From Aplysia californica (Eukaryota), in contig NW_004797394.1 of NCBI RefSeq assembly GCF_000002075.1, positions 659,187-717,363 of the forward strand: a stretch of DNA of 58,177 bases, given 5' to 3'. This document shows positions 41,811-54,630 of this stretch, piece after piece. Made by a program: the position numbers and the translations under genes. Below the pieces are notes generated by a model, which saw only the letters and a program-made list of their open reading frames with translations, was not told where the DNA came from and searched no databases. Positions within the stretch are counted from its first letter, which is position 1. Every line of letters begins with the position of its first letter.

Positions 41811-44565
41811 CTAAAAAAAATCAGTCACAGTTGTATTGAAAATGATAAGAACAATCTTTGGGGAACCTTGTCCATGCAACAGTTCTAATGTCTGCAAACT
41901 GATGACCTCCACATGTCACAATTTATGAAAGGCAAGGTGAAAAAGGAGCCGACTGTATAATACTGTATTCCCGAAATGAAATCTACAGAACAATAAACAA
42001 CATCACTTTAGTAGTTTAGTAGAACAGGCATGATGCTTGAAATATATATTTTTTTCATCTTAGAATCTTAGATCCACACATGATATCTTGTACTTTTATG
42101 ATTTTGAATTATCAGTCTGATTTATTTTGAAAGTATTGAGTTCAATATCCAGCCTGATCAGAAAAGATCTGCCTATGGCACAAAAGGCAAAGGTCAAAAT
42201 CAGCATAGAAATTTCAAAGAATATGGAACTGTTACTTTTTAAATCTTAGTACAACAGCAAGGAAAATTATGCTGAAAAGCTAGGAAACAAAAAATTTCAA
42301 ACTGCTTATTCAGAACTCAGTATAAAAATTGGCAACAACCCACTCTCAACCCATTCATAAAACCATTTGTTTGTTTTTAGTATAGTTTAGTTTTAGTACA
42401 AGTTTTACAGCGCTTGCAACTGCATAAGGTCATATGAGCGTTGAATAAAATGTGCATCAAAATGAATGTGATAACATCAACAATAATTCTTACTTTAACT
42501 AACAATACTTCCAATATATGTTAGAGCAGCAGTCAATACTGAGTCAGAACATGATAATAGTAATAGCCACACATCTCTGGGCATAGAGTAGAATAATAAT
42601 GACACTTTTTTTAAAGGCAGAAAGACCAAACCACACAAAATAAACCCCCCTCCCCATTCAAATACTTTAAAAGAGTCATTTTAAAAACTAATACATGTAC
42701 ATTTTTCTACTGTAATATTCCTTGTTTCCCACAAACAGTGGCACAGCACTCATACACACATATTATGTATAATTATGTGAAAACCTTATTGATCGACCAA
42801 GCTCAAGCAGTGAATATTTGTGATCATTGTACTGTTCACGGCATCACAGATCATTAACTCTCAAGATTTTGATCATGTGTCCACTGCAAATCTCGATGAT
42901 AAGGAACAATGTTTGCCCCAGATGGGATCATGCTCTGGGCTCTCCACCTGAACTTACATCACATACTACGTGGGTAGGACCTACAAGTCTGCATCACAGG
43001 GAATCTCATTGAACTGAGAACTTTTCGGCGCTTATGTTTCAATCACCATTGCAGCAGTTGTCTTTTATTTCTGTAGCTGAATTTGCTAGATAAGACTTAT
43101 TTTAATTGGTGTGTTCACAATACAATGGTGCATTATGACAGGAGCAATGAAGCCGATCTATTCAATTTGTGAACATTTTTATGCTTTTTATACAATCTTA
43201 AAACTTGGCATGCAAAAAGCTAAAGAATTAGCTAAATCTGTGTGTTTCTAAGTTGTAAATAAATAATCTTTGTTGAAACAAGTTTAAAACCTGTTTTTCT
43301 AACTTCGTGCAAAAAAAATAAATTCTTTTCCATTATAACTTCAGTCCTCGAATATCTTTTCCAAATTAAGACTGTGGAACACTTAGGACAATCCCTGAGA
43401 TAAGATGGTAGCAAAAAGTCAAAATGTCCAAACTCTGACAAGTTCCTAATTCTTTAAGGTTGCCTCATACTGATAAAAAGGCCTTTTCAAATTTTAAAAT
43501 CAAGTCATACAGAAAAAATTAACGAAAGCATGAAAACAAACAAAAAGACTAACAATAAAAGAATTGAGCAAGAGAGATGGCTAAAAATTTTCAACTTTAA
43601 CAAAAAAATCAGATACACAATACCAACAAAATAGGTCCAGGAGTGCAGGCCCGAAATAAAGAAAGAGATCACGCAAAGGAATAGAAAAGCCAAGAAGAAA
43701 CAGGACATCAAATTAGAAGCTTCTGGAAGGAGTCAGTAGGACTGTGAGAAGGCAGGGAAGCATCATGTATGGAAATATCATTGTGACAACTTACATTTTG
43801 AAAAGGGAGCTAATATCATATATATCAATAAAACTCTTCTGCACTTGCTACTTTCCCATCATATTTTTCATAAATATCACATTAATATGACAACATGACA
43901 GTCTTTTAGTGCAGGAGGTAAAACAAGAAAGACATCCAAAAACAAGAGAGGGAAAGAAAATGGATAGTCACCCTCCAGCCACCCACTTCTCCAATACTGA
44001 CCACAGTCAATGAATCAGAGTCTAAAATAAACAAAATAACAATTTATAAAGGATTATTCAATTAAACTACACCGAAAAGCTTCAATGTGAATAGACTAAA
44101 GATTAGCTACCAGATTAGGCAAGGATTGAGTTGAATACAATTTTCAAAAAGAACAGAATCTAATAGAGTACAGTCTTAAAAAACTTCAATTTACATCTAA
44201 TGTTTGATTGCTAACAATGGGAAGCATTATAAGGTACATTACAATACATTATACATTGTATCACTGTTGTTAGAAAAACGAGTCATTCCAATGGAGAAAA
44301 TGAGATGGTTGAAACTTTTCAGCTATAACACAATAAACTGACACACACACCAAAAAAATCAGTCTACAAGTGCAGGCCCGAAAAAAAGAGAGAATCAGGC
44401 AAAGGAATAGAAAAACCAAAGCACGATATCAAATCAGAAGCTGCTGGCTGAAAGAGTCACCCTAAACTAAAGCAGAGTCAAATGTGACTTGTTTTTCTCG
44501 CTAAAGCCTTGATGCCTGTACACTATTATTCAAAATATTTTATTTGAAACTCATACTGAGTTCAA

Positions 44566-47466
44566 TCACTCTGCAACTTCAGCAATGTACTGGACTTCTT
44601 GTCCATCAGTATACTGGACAGTCGCAATGATAGGGTACCCAGATGATTCCTGAGTAGACTGCTCACTGATGTCAATCGAAGTGCTCTGAATGTCAACAAT
44701 GCTTGAATTTTGCGCATTTGCAAGCTGCGCAATTTGCTGTAAGGCTTCTTCAGATATTGTCCCATCTGCGTTGATCTGTATCCCCTCAGAAGCCACATAA
44801 GTGACATCTGGAGAAATCAAGGCTATAGATTCTTCTGCTGGTGGCTTTGGACGATAAGTTTTCTTCACCCCTCCTGGCTGTTCACCGATGTTGTGAAGTT
44901 TGTAATGATGTTCTTTGAGCTTGTCGTAACGAGTGGTGTTGAAGCTGCAGACTTTACATGAGTAGCGTCGAGAGTCGGAATGAAGCAGCATGTGGCGCCT
45001 CATGTTTTTTATAAGGGAGAAACTCTGACCACATATCTCGCACTGGTGAGGCTTCTCATGTGTGTGTGTGACCATGTGGTACTTGAGATTTTGTCGTTTG
45101 ATGGCTTCAAACTGACAGCCTGTGACAGGGCACTTGAAGAGCTGGCCTGAGTGAATCAGTTTGTGAGCCTTCAGTTGTGATTTGTGGGCAGTTGCATAAC
45201 CGCAGACATCACACAAGTGGTCTTTTGTAGGGTTGTGAGTGATCATGTGGTTCTTCAAAGCATGTTTCCATTTGAATCCAGCACTGCAAATGGCACACAC
45301 AAAAGGTTTTACCAGCTGATGTTTTGGCCTGTGAGCCATCAACTGAGTTTTTGTTCTAAATCTTGATTCACACTCAGTACAGAAATATGGCAATGCTCCC
45401 TCATGTTTCACAGAATGCTCCTTGTAAGCTTGATGGTTTTCAGATTGATGTTCACAAAAAGAACAAATGAATTCTTCAGACATGTGTTTGTACTTATGTA
45501 ATTTGTATTCCCTTGCTTTAGTAGTTTTGAAATCACACTTTGTACACAGAAAATATTTAGGATCTGTTTCTGGATGAATCTTCAAATGCTGACGATACTC
45601 CTTGAATACATGACTGGCGAATTCACACTTTTCACAAACAAATTTCAAGCCAGATTTTGAGCTGTTCTGTACAACTATATTCGCTGTCTCTCTAGGCAAT
45701 GCCACTTGGTTTGGTTCAGATGTCTCTTCTTGTTTAGTTTCTTTGTGAGGTCTCCTGCTTTTCTTACCAAGAGAATGCATCACATAATCTTTCTTCAGCT
45801 GTGATGGTTTTGACCTCACTCTTTTACTTTTCCATTGCAGACTATGACCTTCTTTAGCCACAATATTTGTCTCCATTGGTAACTCTTTGACAACGTCACA
45901 CTTCAAAAACGCTTCCCCTACAAGAGTGGAGCCTACAGGCTGTGCACTGGAAGTGCTTTCACTTTCTTTCATGGATTTTGTCCTCTTCGACTCATCATCA
46001 GAATTATGAAGGACATCATCCCCCCTTTCGAGTCTTTCAATGAAGTCTTCAAATTCAGGATCACTTTCTGGTTCTTCTACCACTTTCCTGGGCCGACCAG
46101 GGCCTCGTCCTCTGCCTCTCCTCTTGCCACGCCCCCTCCCCCGACCTCTACCTCTGCCCCGTGATCTGCTGGGTGGCTTACTATTTGAATTAGCACCTGC
46201 ATACAGCCCTGTATCAACATGATAAAACTGAACAAGATCTGATATTTCGTCTAAGTCTATGCCTTTTTGTGATTTCACTCGAGAATCTCCTAGCTGTGAA
46301 ATTCTTTGAGACATCTCACTATCAGATTTATTTGTAGTTGTAGCATTTTCATTGGAGGAACAACTCGGCACATTTTTATCAAAAGTATTAGCACTGGTCT
46401 CCTCCTTTATTGAAGCAATCATCATCACAGTTTTAATACTGATATCACTTAAGCCTTTTTCAGGACCAGAGTCAGATTTTTTTAGCAATGAAGATTCATC
46501 CACTTTCTCAGGTTCTGGGGTTGTCATCCTAGGATTGGGGTCAGGATTGTCTGTCATTCCTGAAGGCTCACAAGTACCTTGTAACGGTTTGGAAGCATCG
46601 GTAACACCTAAGGGAGGACGCACATTACTTATGGCTAACAGTAAGGACGCATCGTTTTGATCTTGATCCATACTTTCAAATCCAATATTCGTTGAGATTG
46701 GCAGTTCATCATCGATGTCTTGAGAAGCATTGGTCGGAGTCTCATTCTTTTGACTATCATCCTCTGTTACAGCAGGCAAATTTGAAGATTTCTCAAGTAT
46801 TTGTGCTTCTTGTTGTTTTAATAAAATCAGTTCTGAACTTGATTCCAGTGTTGTAGAAATTTGGGGACTTGAAACAGAATTTAAATCTGGCCGGATTTTG
46901 TCAAACACAGATTTTTCTGTTTCTGTAAATGCATCAGCTTTCTTCACTGTCCGAGCTCGAGAACCTAACAGCTGGGCAATCTCTTCCAAACCAGTTGTGC
47001 AGGTGCCAATAGTCTTCGGGTCATTGCTGTCTTCCCCATTTTGAAACATATCACAAAACTGAAGCAAAGTGTCCATTCTCATAATTTTTCCGATCTCAAT
47101 AACTTGAGTTATTAGAGTAGCCTTTAATGTAATATTAGAAGTGTACATAAACTCAACTACTTTGCTCACTGCCTCACCATAACCACCATCCCCGTCATGG
47201 GAATCTATGTGGATTTCGATTATTTGAGGTTGTTTTTGTGAGAATCCTCTCGGGCAGTCTGCACCAATGCCCAAGATCGAACCAAAATACGGACTCGCAG
47301 CTGCAAGCACATTAGAGTGGGCATATATCTGTGTTCCACATACCTTGAGCACAACATCACAAAACTGAGATAAGTTTCTTTGGTCGTTCAAAGCAATTAA
47401 ACAGTTCTTTAAATGGGTTTGGTCGTGAAAAACTCCACAGCGACTGAGACCTGTGTACGTCGCCAT
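44566..47466 (-). CDS. BTB/POZ domain and C2H2 zinc-finger (ZBTB family) transcription factor, 966 aa, single coding exon
   Basis: Uninterrupted ORF. BTB motif FCDVVLKVCGTQIYAHSNVLAAASPYF...FMYTS; RG repeats plus PGRPRK; nine C2H2 fingers. First ATG (aaaATGG) is at 47466; the ORF-track start at 47508 is a GTG. A probable splice acceptor (tag|GATCC) lies at 47515/47514. Confidence 0.93.
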   Translation of the reverse strand: MATYTGLSRCGVFHDQTHLKNCLIALNDQRNLSQFCDVVLKVCGTQIYAHSNVLAAASPYFGSILGIGADCPRGFSQKQPQIIEIHIDSHDGDGGYGEAVSKVVEFMYTSNITLKATLITQVIEIGKIMRMDTLLQFCDMFQNGEDSNDPKTIGTCTTGLEEIAQLLGSRARTVKKADAFTETEKSVFDKIRPDLNSVSSPQISTTLESSSELILLKQQEAQILEKSSNLPAVTEDDSQKNETPTNASQDIDDELPISTNIGFESMDQDQNDASLLLAISNVRPPLGVTDASKPLQGTCEPSGMTDNPDPNPRMTTPEPEKVDESSLLKKSDSGPEKGLSDISIKTVMMIASIKEETSANTFDKNVPSCSSNENATTTNKSDSEMSQRISQLGDSRVKSQKGIDLDEISDLVQFYHVDTGLYAGANSNSKPPSRSRGRGRGRGRGRGKRRGRGRGPGRPRKVVEEPESDPEFEDFIERLERGDDVLHNSDDESKRTKSMKESESTSSAQPVGSTLVGEAFLKCDVVKELPMETNIVAKEGHSLQWKSKRVRSKPSQLKKDYVMHSLGKKSRRPHKETKQEETSEPNQVALPRETANIVVQNSSKSGLKFVCEKCEFASHVFKEYRQHLKIHPETDPKYFLCTKCDFKTTKAREYKLHKYKHMSEEFICSFCEHQSENHQAYKEHSVKHEGALPYFCTECESRFRTKTQLMAHRPKHQLVKPFVCAICSAGFKWKHALKNHMITHNPTKDHLCDVCGYATAHKSQLKAHKLIHSGQLFKCPVTGCQFEAIKRQNLKYHMVTHTHEKPHQCEICGQSFSLIKNMRRHMLLHSDSRRYSCKVCSFNTTRYDKLKEHHYKLHNIGEQPGGVKKTYRPKPPAEESIALISPDVTYVASEGIQINADGTISEEALQQIAQLANAQNSSIVDIQSTSIDISEQSTQESSGYPIIATVQYTDGQEVQYIAEVAE

Positions 47467-48250
47467 TTTGACAGGGAGACGAGTAAATTTTTCTGGAGGT
47501 GAAAACACTGGATCCTATATCCCCACAGAAAATATTATTTCAGTGAAAATATAAGTGTATTATCAAAGTACACCTTATATTTGAATTTTACTACATGGAT
47601 AACAGGAGTACAAGGCTAAAATGTCTTATTTTCACTTTGCTAAAAATGCTCCCTATTTTCTGCGGATCTAGAAAGTTTACATTTTCTTTCCAAACGTATT
47701 TCGCGTTTTACAAAATTAATGGAAATCATATTATTACGTGTATTATATTCCATTTCCCTATGCTTTAAATAGAAAGAATGAGAGACGTTTGTACGAAAAC
47801 TTAGTTATAAGAAGATGTTATGCGTGTTCACAGACGAGAAGGAATTGTAGGAATGGTCGAGATATGGATGGGGAGAGAGCAGAGGTTATAAAGTTGGCCT
47901 AAGGTTGTTGGGAGAGAGAGGGTGCGATCTAGACGAAGGGGGGGGGGGNNNNNNNNNNNNNNNNNNNNNNNNNNNNNNNNNNNNNNNNNNNNNNNNNNNN
48001 NNNNNNNNNNNNNNNNNNNNNNNNNNNNNNNNNNNNNNNNNNNNNNNNNNNNNNNNNNNNNNNNNNNNNNNNNNNNNNNNNNNNNNNNNNNNNNNNNNNN
48101 NNNNNNNNNNNNNNNNNNNNNNNNNNNNNNNNNNNNNNNNNNNNNNNNNNNNNNNNNNNNNNNNNNNNNNNNNNNNNNNNNNNNNNNNNNNNNNNNNNNN
48201 NNNNNNNNNNNNNNNNNNNNNNNNNNNNNNNNNNNNNNNNNNNNNNNNNN

Positions 48251-48294
<44 letters not shown>

Positions 48295-50174
48295 TCGGGC
48301 GAGCGGGGGACAGGGTTCGGTGGCGATCGGGACTAGGGTGCTGATGAAACAGTTTGAATCATGATGACTTGGATACACACGGATTCTTTCTATTGCATGT
48401 TTACTTTTGCCTGATTGCGGTAAAAACAAGACAAACAAACAAGCAAGCAAACAAACAAACAAACAGACCACAAGCAAACAAAAAACAAACAAACAAAAGA
48501 GTAACCAATCAACCAAACAAACAAACTAACAAAAAACACCCAACAACAACAATAAACCAACAAATTGCTCTGATTATTCGTCTCAAGTCTTTGTTTACTG
48601 GCCAAGGAGTTGGATGGCCAACAGAATCTAAAAAGCCATTCACAAAGGTAACCGCAAACTAAGGTTCCGAAACATTTTCTTTGATATTAGCCTAAAGTGA
48701 GTTTTTTTTAAGAAAAAAAAAAGAAAGAAAAACACCCCAGCATACACTTGTTGTTGTTGTTGTCAAATCCTTTTAGCTGTGAACATTTCGCTCTTGGAAG
48801 CGAAATGCCTCCCCCAAGAAACCACATGTCATTATATATAGAATACACTTAAAACATAACCTTTTCAAATGAAAACCACGCTTATAAACATGCTTATGAA
48901 ACATGGTCTAACAGACGGGTAAGTAAACATTAATCTCGACTCACGTGGAGACGTCTTTTGGTATACCGTGTTGAAACAAAATCTACAAGCTTACACTGAA
49001 ATCGCTGTCTCAAAATCAACAATCATTTATAGGCAAGGTTAATGTAAATCATTTATTGTAGAAATCAAGTGTATGCACCAACAGGGGGGTGTTTGATGTA
49101 GGGTCCAAAAAGAAAAAGAAACTTTTTAAAATGTATTACCGTAGAAAGATTAGTAAAAAAAATTGTTTGGACCCATGAAAAGTTATGTGCCCACTCTGAA
49201 AATTAATACAAGAACTATAGAACATGTTTAACAGACAGACGAAATTGAAAAGGCAATGAAGTCCGAGTTATCAACTGTCGCATTCAAGCTGATTATAGTT
49301 TACAGGCAAGGCTTAAAGTTGATGATACTTTACATGACAGTCATGGATATGAAAATCCACAAGGTATAAATGAATGTGTTTGTGGAGAATCATAGCCATT
49401 CGCTATTTTATTTGTACAAACAAGAAGACAGCTGGATTGNNNNNNNNNNNNNNNNNNNNNNNNNNNNNNNNNNNNNNNNNNNNNNNNNNNNNNNNNNNNN
49501 NNNNNNNNNNNNNNNNNNNNNNNNNNNNNNNNNNNNNNNNNNNNNNNNNNNNNNNNNNNNNNNNNNNNNNNNNNNNNNNNNNNNNNNNNNNNNNNNNNNN
49601 NNNNNNNNNNNNNNNNNNNNNNNNNNNNNNNNNNNNNNNNNNNNNNNNNNNNNNNNNNNNNNNNTCTCACTTACCTATTCTTTCTTTTTTCCTTATACAT
49701 TTACGCTCTCTGTTGCTCTCCCTCCTCCCTCCGTTCACCATCCCATACGTTTATTCCTTGGTCTTCGTCATTTTATGCAGAAAGCCGTGACTGAGTTCGA
49801 TTCCCAGACCATGAGGCCCGTTTTAACAAGTTGGTATCTCCGTCTTTCTTCTGGGATGCCGTATCCCACTCAGCTAGGGTTGGCTCTGTCATACTGGGTC
49901 GAAGCAGCCCGCCTACTAAACATATAAACTGTGTCAATGGAGGCACAACAAACATTTCTCTTTACACTTGCTAAAATAAAGCTTTGAGTTCAAAGAATCA
50001 GGATATTGTCTTCATCATGCATGCCCCCAAAATCCTGGAAAAGGGAGGTAATCCGCGATAAAGCCGCAAAGAAAAGGAACACAAGTATGTTACCTTACTA
50101 CACCCAATCGTTTAATTGGTTATGCCCCTTGAACTATTCGTGTTTTTTTTCTCTCTCTCTATTAAAAAAAAAAA

Positions 50175-50676
50175 AAGTGTTTTACGGCGCCTGCAACTGC
50201 ATAAGGTCATATTATGAGCGCACAGGACACGTTCAGTTGGAAGGAAATACTGAACTTTGCTCGGGTGGCGGCCGAAGCCTACTGTTATCGATTTTGGACC
50301 ACCAAGGGATCATTAACGTGTGCAACTCGCACACGCGACCTCTGAGATTTTTCGTCTTTGTCTGAGAAGGCGAGGTGTAGATCTTTCCTACCATAAGATC
50401 AGGGTGAGGCTAAAAGACAGCAGCAAGAAGGAGCCAAGGAGTAGCAGTAGAAAGGCTACAGCAAGAGTCAGTACCCCAGAGGAGGGGACAAAGGAGGTTA
50501 GAGGATGGTGGCAAAAAGTGTAGACGAAAGCAGACGACAGAAAATTGTTATAGAACAGGGAAGGATGTGAAAGGAGAACATTTTAGAGAAGAAGATTTTC
50601 CGTCGCTGTCCGGATTCGAACCTTGTACCCTTGAACGTGAGGTGAACACCTTAACCTCTAAGGCCACGAGAGACTC
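50175..50676 (-). mobile_element. Full-length tRNA-derived SINE family B
   Basis: Reverse complement matches head, body and tail of 41314-41810. Confidence 0.85.
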
Positions 50677-50881
50677 CTTTCTCTCTCCACTGGACAAAGA
50701 AGTCTGTCTTTTAAATCATAATAAGAGCTTTCAGCATGCGTAACAATGTCAGCACGCATTATCAGCACGTCACGGATCTCCCTGAATAGTGTTCGCTTCG
50801 AGTGATGGAAACGTTATAGAGCATGTCGGAGAGCGTTGATGTGCACAAGACAATGTAACCATAACAATTCAATCATCATCA

Positions 50882-50936
<55 letters not shown>

Positions 50937-50980
50937 AGTTTATCTCTAGGGATTATAACGAGTAGGCAATGTTTTCCTTA

Positions 50981-52100
50981 CCTAGTTAAAAGCACTTATT
51001 TTTAGCGGAAGGTACATCCAAGCTGCAAGAAGATGTTAACACTAACTTTTAAGGCTTAAGCAACTACATGTGTATCTTACATTTTAAATGACATCGGTAG
51101 TCTAGTCGTTAGACTATCGGACTCGTCATCGTGAGGTTGCGGGTTCGGGGCGAATTTTTCCCACTTCACCAAGGAGGGAATGGGTACCCGGTCGTTGAGA
51201 GAGAAAGATTTTGTCTTTTGGTTATACAGTATTGTTTTAGCGTCAGTAACATTGCAGAATACACTATATGCTCCCTACGAAGTTGAGATTTTTTCAGAAT
51301 GTTATCAGGTCTGCTGGGGTAATAATATAGATTGTAAAGTGCATAAAGCTTGCTGTTGAGCTAAAATCTGCGCTAGCCTCTTAACATTATTCCATGTCTT
51401 CCCATTTTTCTGTACATCGATGTATGTGACTCTTTTACAGGTAATTCCCCGTGGGCTTCCCCTTGATCTTTTACCCCGTGAGTTCCAATCCAACACTTTC
51501 CTTGTTATACAGCTACCTGACTTCATGAGAGTATTGGGGATGGGCGGTTTTTAGTAAATGAAGTGTGTGTGTCCTAACCAAGTTCGTCTTATAACCTTCT
51601 TCTCTTTTAAAAACAACTTTTCTTATGCCCAAGGAGCAAGTGGCTGTGTAACTTCTCCCTTCCCCACCCTCACCCTGAACTCTCTCATCCTGAGCACTGA
51701 GTTTCATACACTAATGGCCGTTTTTCCTGCGATAGCATAGTTCAATCATTTGTACAAAGTTTCTGGAGGTTCTATTCGGTATTCTAGATGCAAGGCTGCC
51801 GGATTTTCATTCATGAGGGTGCTGGTTCGAACTCCAGGCTAAAACAGCACCTGGACATGGATGGCTGGTGCCTCTATAAATAAATCATTAATGGTTCGAA
51901 CTCCATTCTGGGCCTGACATAATAACTCTTCGAAAGGCGCTACACAGAAATAGTGAATGGGCAGTTGTAAGGGGTTTAACACCCCTTTACTTTCAACACC
52001 GTAAGGTTTATTGAAAGGTGGAACCTCTGAATTTTACCACCATCTGAGACTTAATGGATCCAAGTGGTTAGATATAGCCTGAAAACTCATAGAATAGGTG

Positions 52101-52156
<56 letters not shown>

Positions 52157-52524
52157 AAATCCACAAAGAAAACACACCAAAGAACGAATCTCAGACAAAT
52201 GTAATTATTTATACTGCTTTATCCACTATAGACGTTTTACCAGCACAATGTTAAAACAAAAACATAAAATGACAGATGTACAAAATCATTTTCATTTGAA
52301 AGCATGTCATGTTCATAGATAGCATCGTAAATCACAACTCTGATGGTCAGTTAACACGGAATAAAAACAATTATACTGTTGTAAATGTCGCATATGTTTC
52401 TTTTCTGGAGATAAAGAATAGTCCTGATTTTCTATCATATGGTCATTATCCTCGTCGTCGTTGTCACTATCGTCGTCGTCATCATTATTACCATTGTCGT
52501 CGTCGTCGATATAATAATAATATT

Positions 52525-52579
<55 letters not shown>

Positions 52580-54577
52580 GTCGCCGTCTTCAAACAAGCA
52601 CGTTTCTTAAACCAATAGTCTGTGAGTCTGACTATGTTCTGGAGTTCACCCAAAGCATTTTATTTGCCACTTCGCTAGCCTAGAATTACAACGTTCTCTC
52701 TGCTCAGTACCTAGTTTTGAGAAATTTGACGTAAAAATGTTCAGTTCCACAACGTGCCATAAGGCTTGTTCAAACAATCTTACGATTTTGATAGAGCAGG
52801 CAAAACATTTGGTTTCTGACCTCATGGTCTAAGTTACTTAAAACGGCCACCAATTTCAGGTAGAACTTTGTAATTCTGAGGTAGCGAGACTTATATACAT
52901 GTATACAACATAGACTTGTATTATAATCTTAGATCGTGCACCATGACACATTCCCTGTTTACTTCGGAGCTCACTATTTGACTCAATTTGAGCTCAATGA
53001 AGGGAAGAAGAGGGCGGGGGGAGGTGGGAGGGGGAGGGAGAGGCATCGCTCACACACATTTATAATGAGAATGGTATTCCTTTGGGCGTAAAAGTGCTGT
53101 CCATGGAGGGTGTGTACGTCTCGTAGCGAAGTTTTTATTGAGAGGGAAGAGCAGCGCCATGACAGTGAGCGATCTAGGAGTACAAGTTTATGGTATACTT
53201 CCAGATATTCGCACTAGATCTACTGGCTCGTGACAATTGTTATAAACAGCAAGCAAAAACAATATTGAACAGGGGAAACAGATAGACTATAATGAAAATG
53301 GATCGATATTTATAGCGTCAACCAATGATTGAGGATGATCGAAAAGGAATGATGCCCCCCCCCCCTAGTTAAAAGCACTTATTTTTAGCGGAAGGTACAT
53401 CCAAGCTGCAAGAAGATGTTAACACTAACCTCTAAGGCTTAAGCAACTACATGTGTATCTTACATTTTAAATGACATCGGTAGTCTAGTCGTTAGACTAT
53501 CGGACTCGTCATCGTGAGGTTGCGGGTTCGGGGCGAATTTTTCCCACTTCACCAAGGAGGGAATGGGTACCCGGTCGTTGAGAGAGAAAGATTTTGTCTT
53601 TTGGTTATACAGTATTGTTTTAGCGTCAGTAACATTGCAGAATACACTATATGCTCCCTACGAAGTTGAGATTTTTTCAGAATGTTATCAGGTCTGCTGG
53701 GGTAATAATATAGATTGTAAAGTGCATAAAGCTTGCTGTTGAGCTAAAATCTGCGCTAGCCTCTTAACATTATTCCATGTCTTCCCATTTTTCTGTACAT
53801 CGATGTATGTGACTCTTTTACAGGTAATTCCCCGTGGGCTTCCCCTTGATCTTTTACCCCGTGAGTTCCAATCCAACACTTTCCTTGTTATACAGCTACC
53901 TGACTTCATGAGAGTATTGGGGATGGGCGGTTTTTAGTAAATGAAGTGTGTGTGTCCTAACCAAGTTCGTCTTATAACCTTCTTCTCTTTTAAAAACAAC
54001 TTTTCTTATGCCCAAGGAGCAAGTGGCTGTGTAACTTCTCCCTTCCCCACCCTCACCCTGAACTCTCTCATCCTGAGCACTGAGTTTCATACACTAATGG
54101 CCGTTTTTCCTGCGATAGCATAGTTCAATCATTTGTACAAAGTTTCTGGAGGTTCTATTCGGTATTCTAGATGCAAGGCTGCCGGATTTTCATTCATGAG
54201 GGTGCTGGTTCGAACTCCAGGCTAAAACAGCACCTGGACATGGATGGCTGGTGCCTCTATAAATAAATCATAGATCTTGGTCTACAGGCTAAAACAGCAC
54301 CTGGACATGGATGGCTGGTGCCTCTATAAATAAATCATTAATGGTTCGAACTCCATTCTGGGCCTGACATAATAACTCTTCGAAAGGCGCTACACAGAAA
54401 TAGTGAATGGGCAGTTGTAAGGGGTTTAACACCCCTTTACTTTCAACACCGTAAGGTTTATTGAAAGGTGGAACCTCTGAATTTTACCACCATCTGAGAC
54501 TTAATGGATCCAAGTGGTTAGATATAGCCTGAAAACACACATATGAACTCACACGCACACACACACAGACACACACA

Positions 54578-54630
<53 letters not shown>

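Noticed and set aside
47467-47508. 14-aa N-terminal extension of the ZBTB ORF
   Set aside because: It begins at GTG; the first ATG in good context is at 47466.
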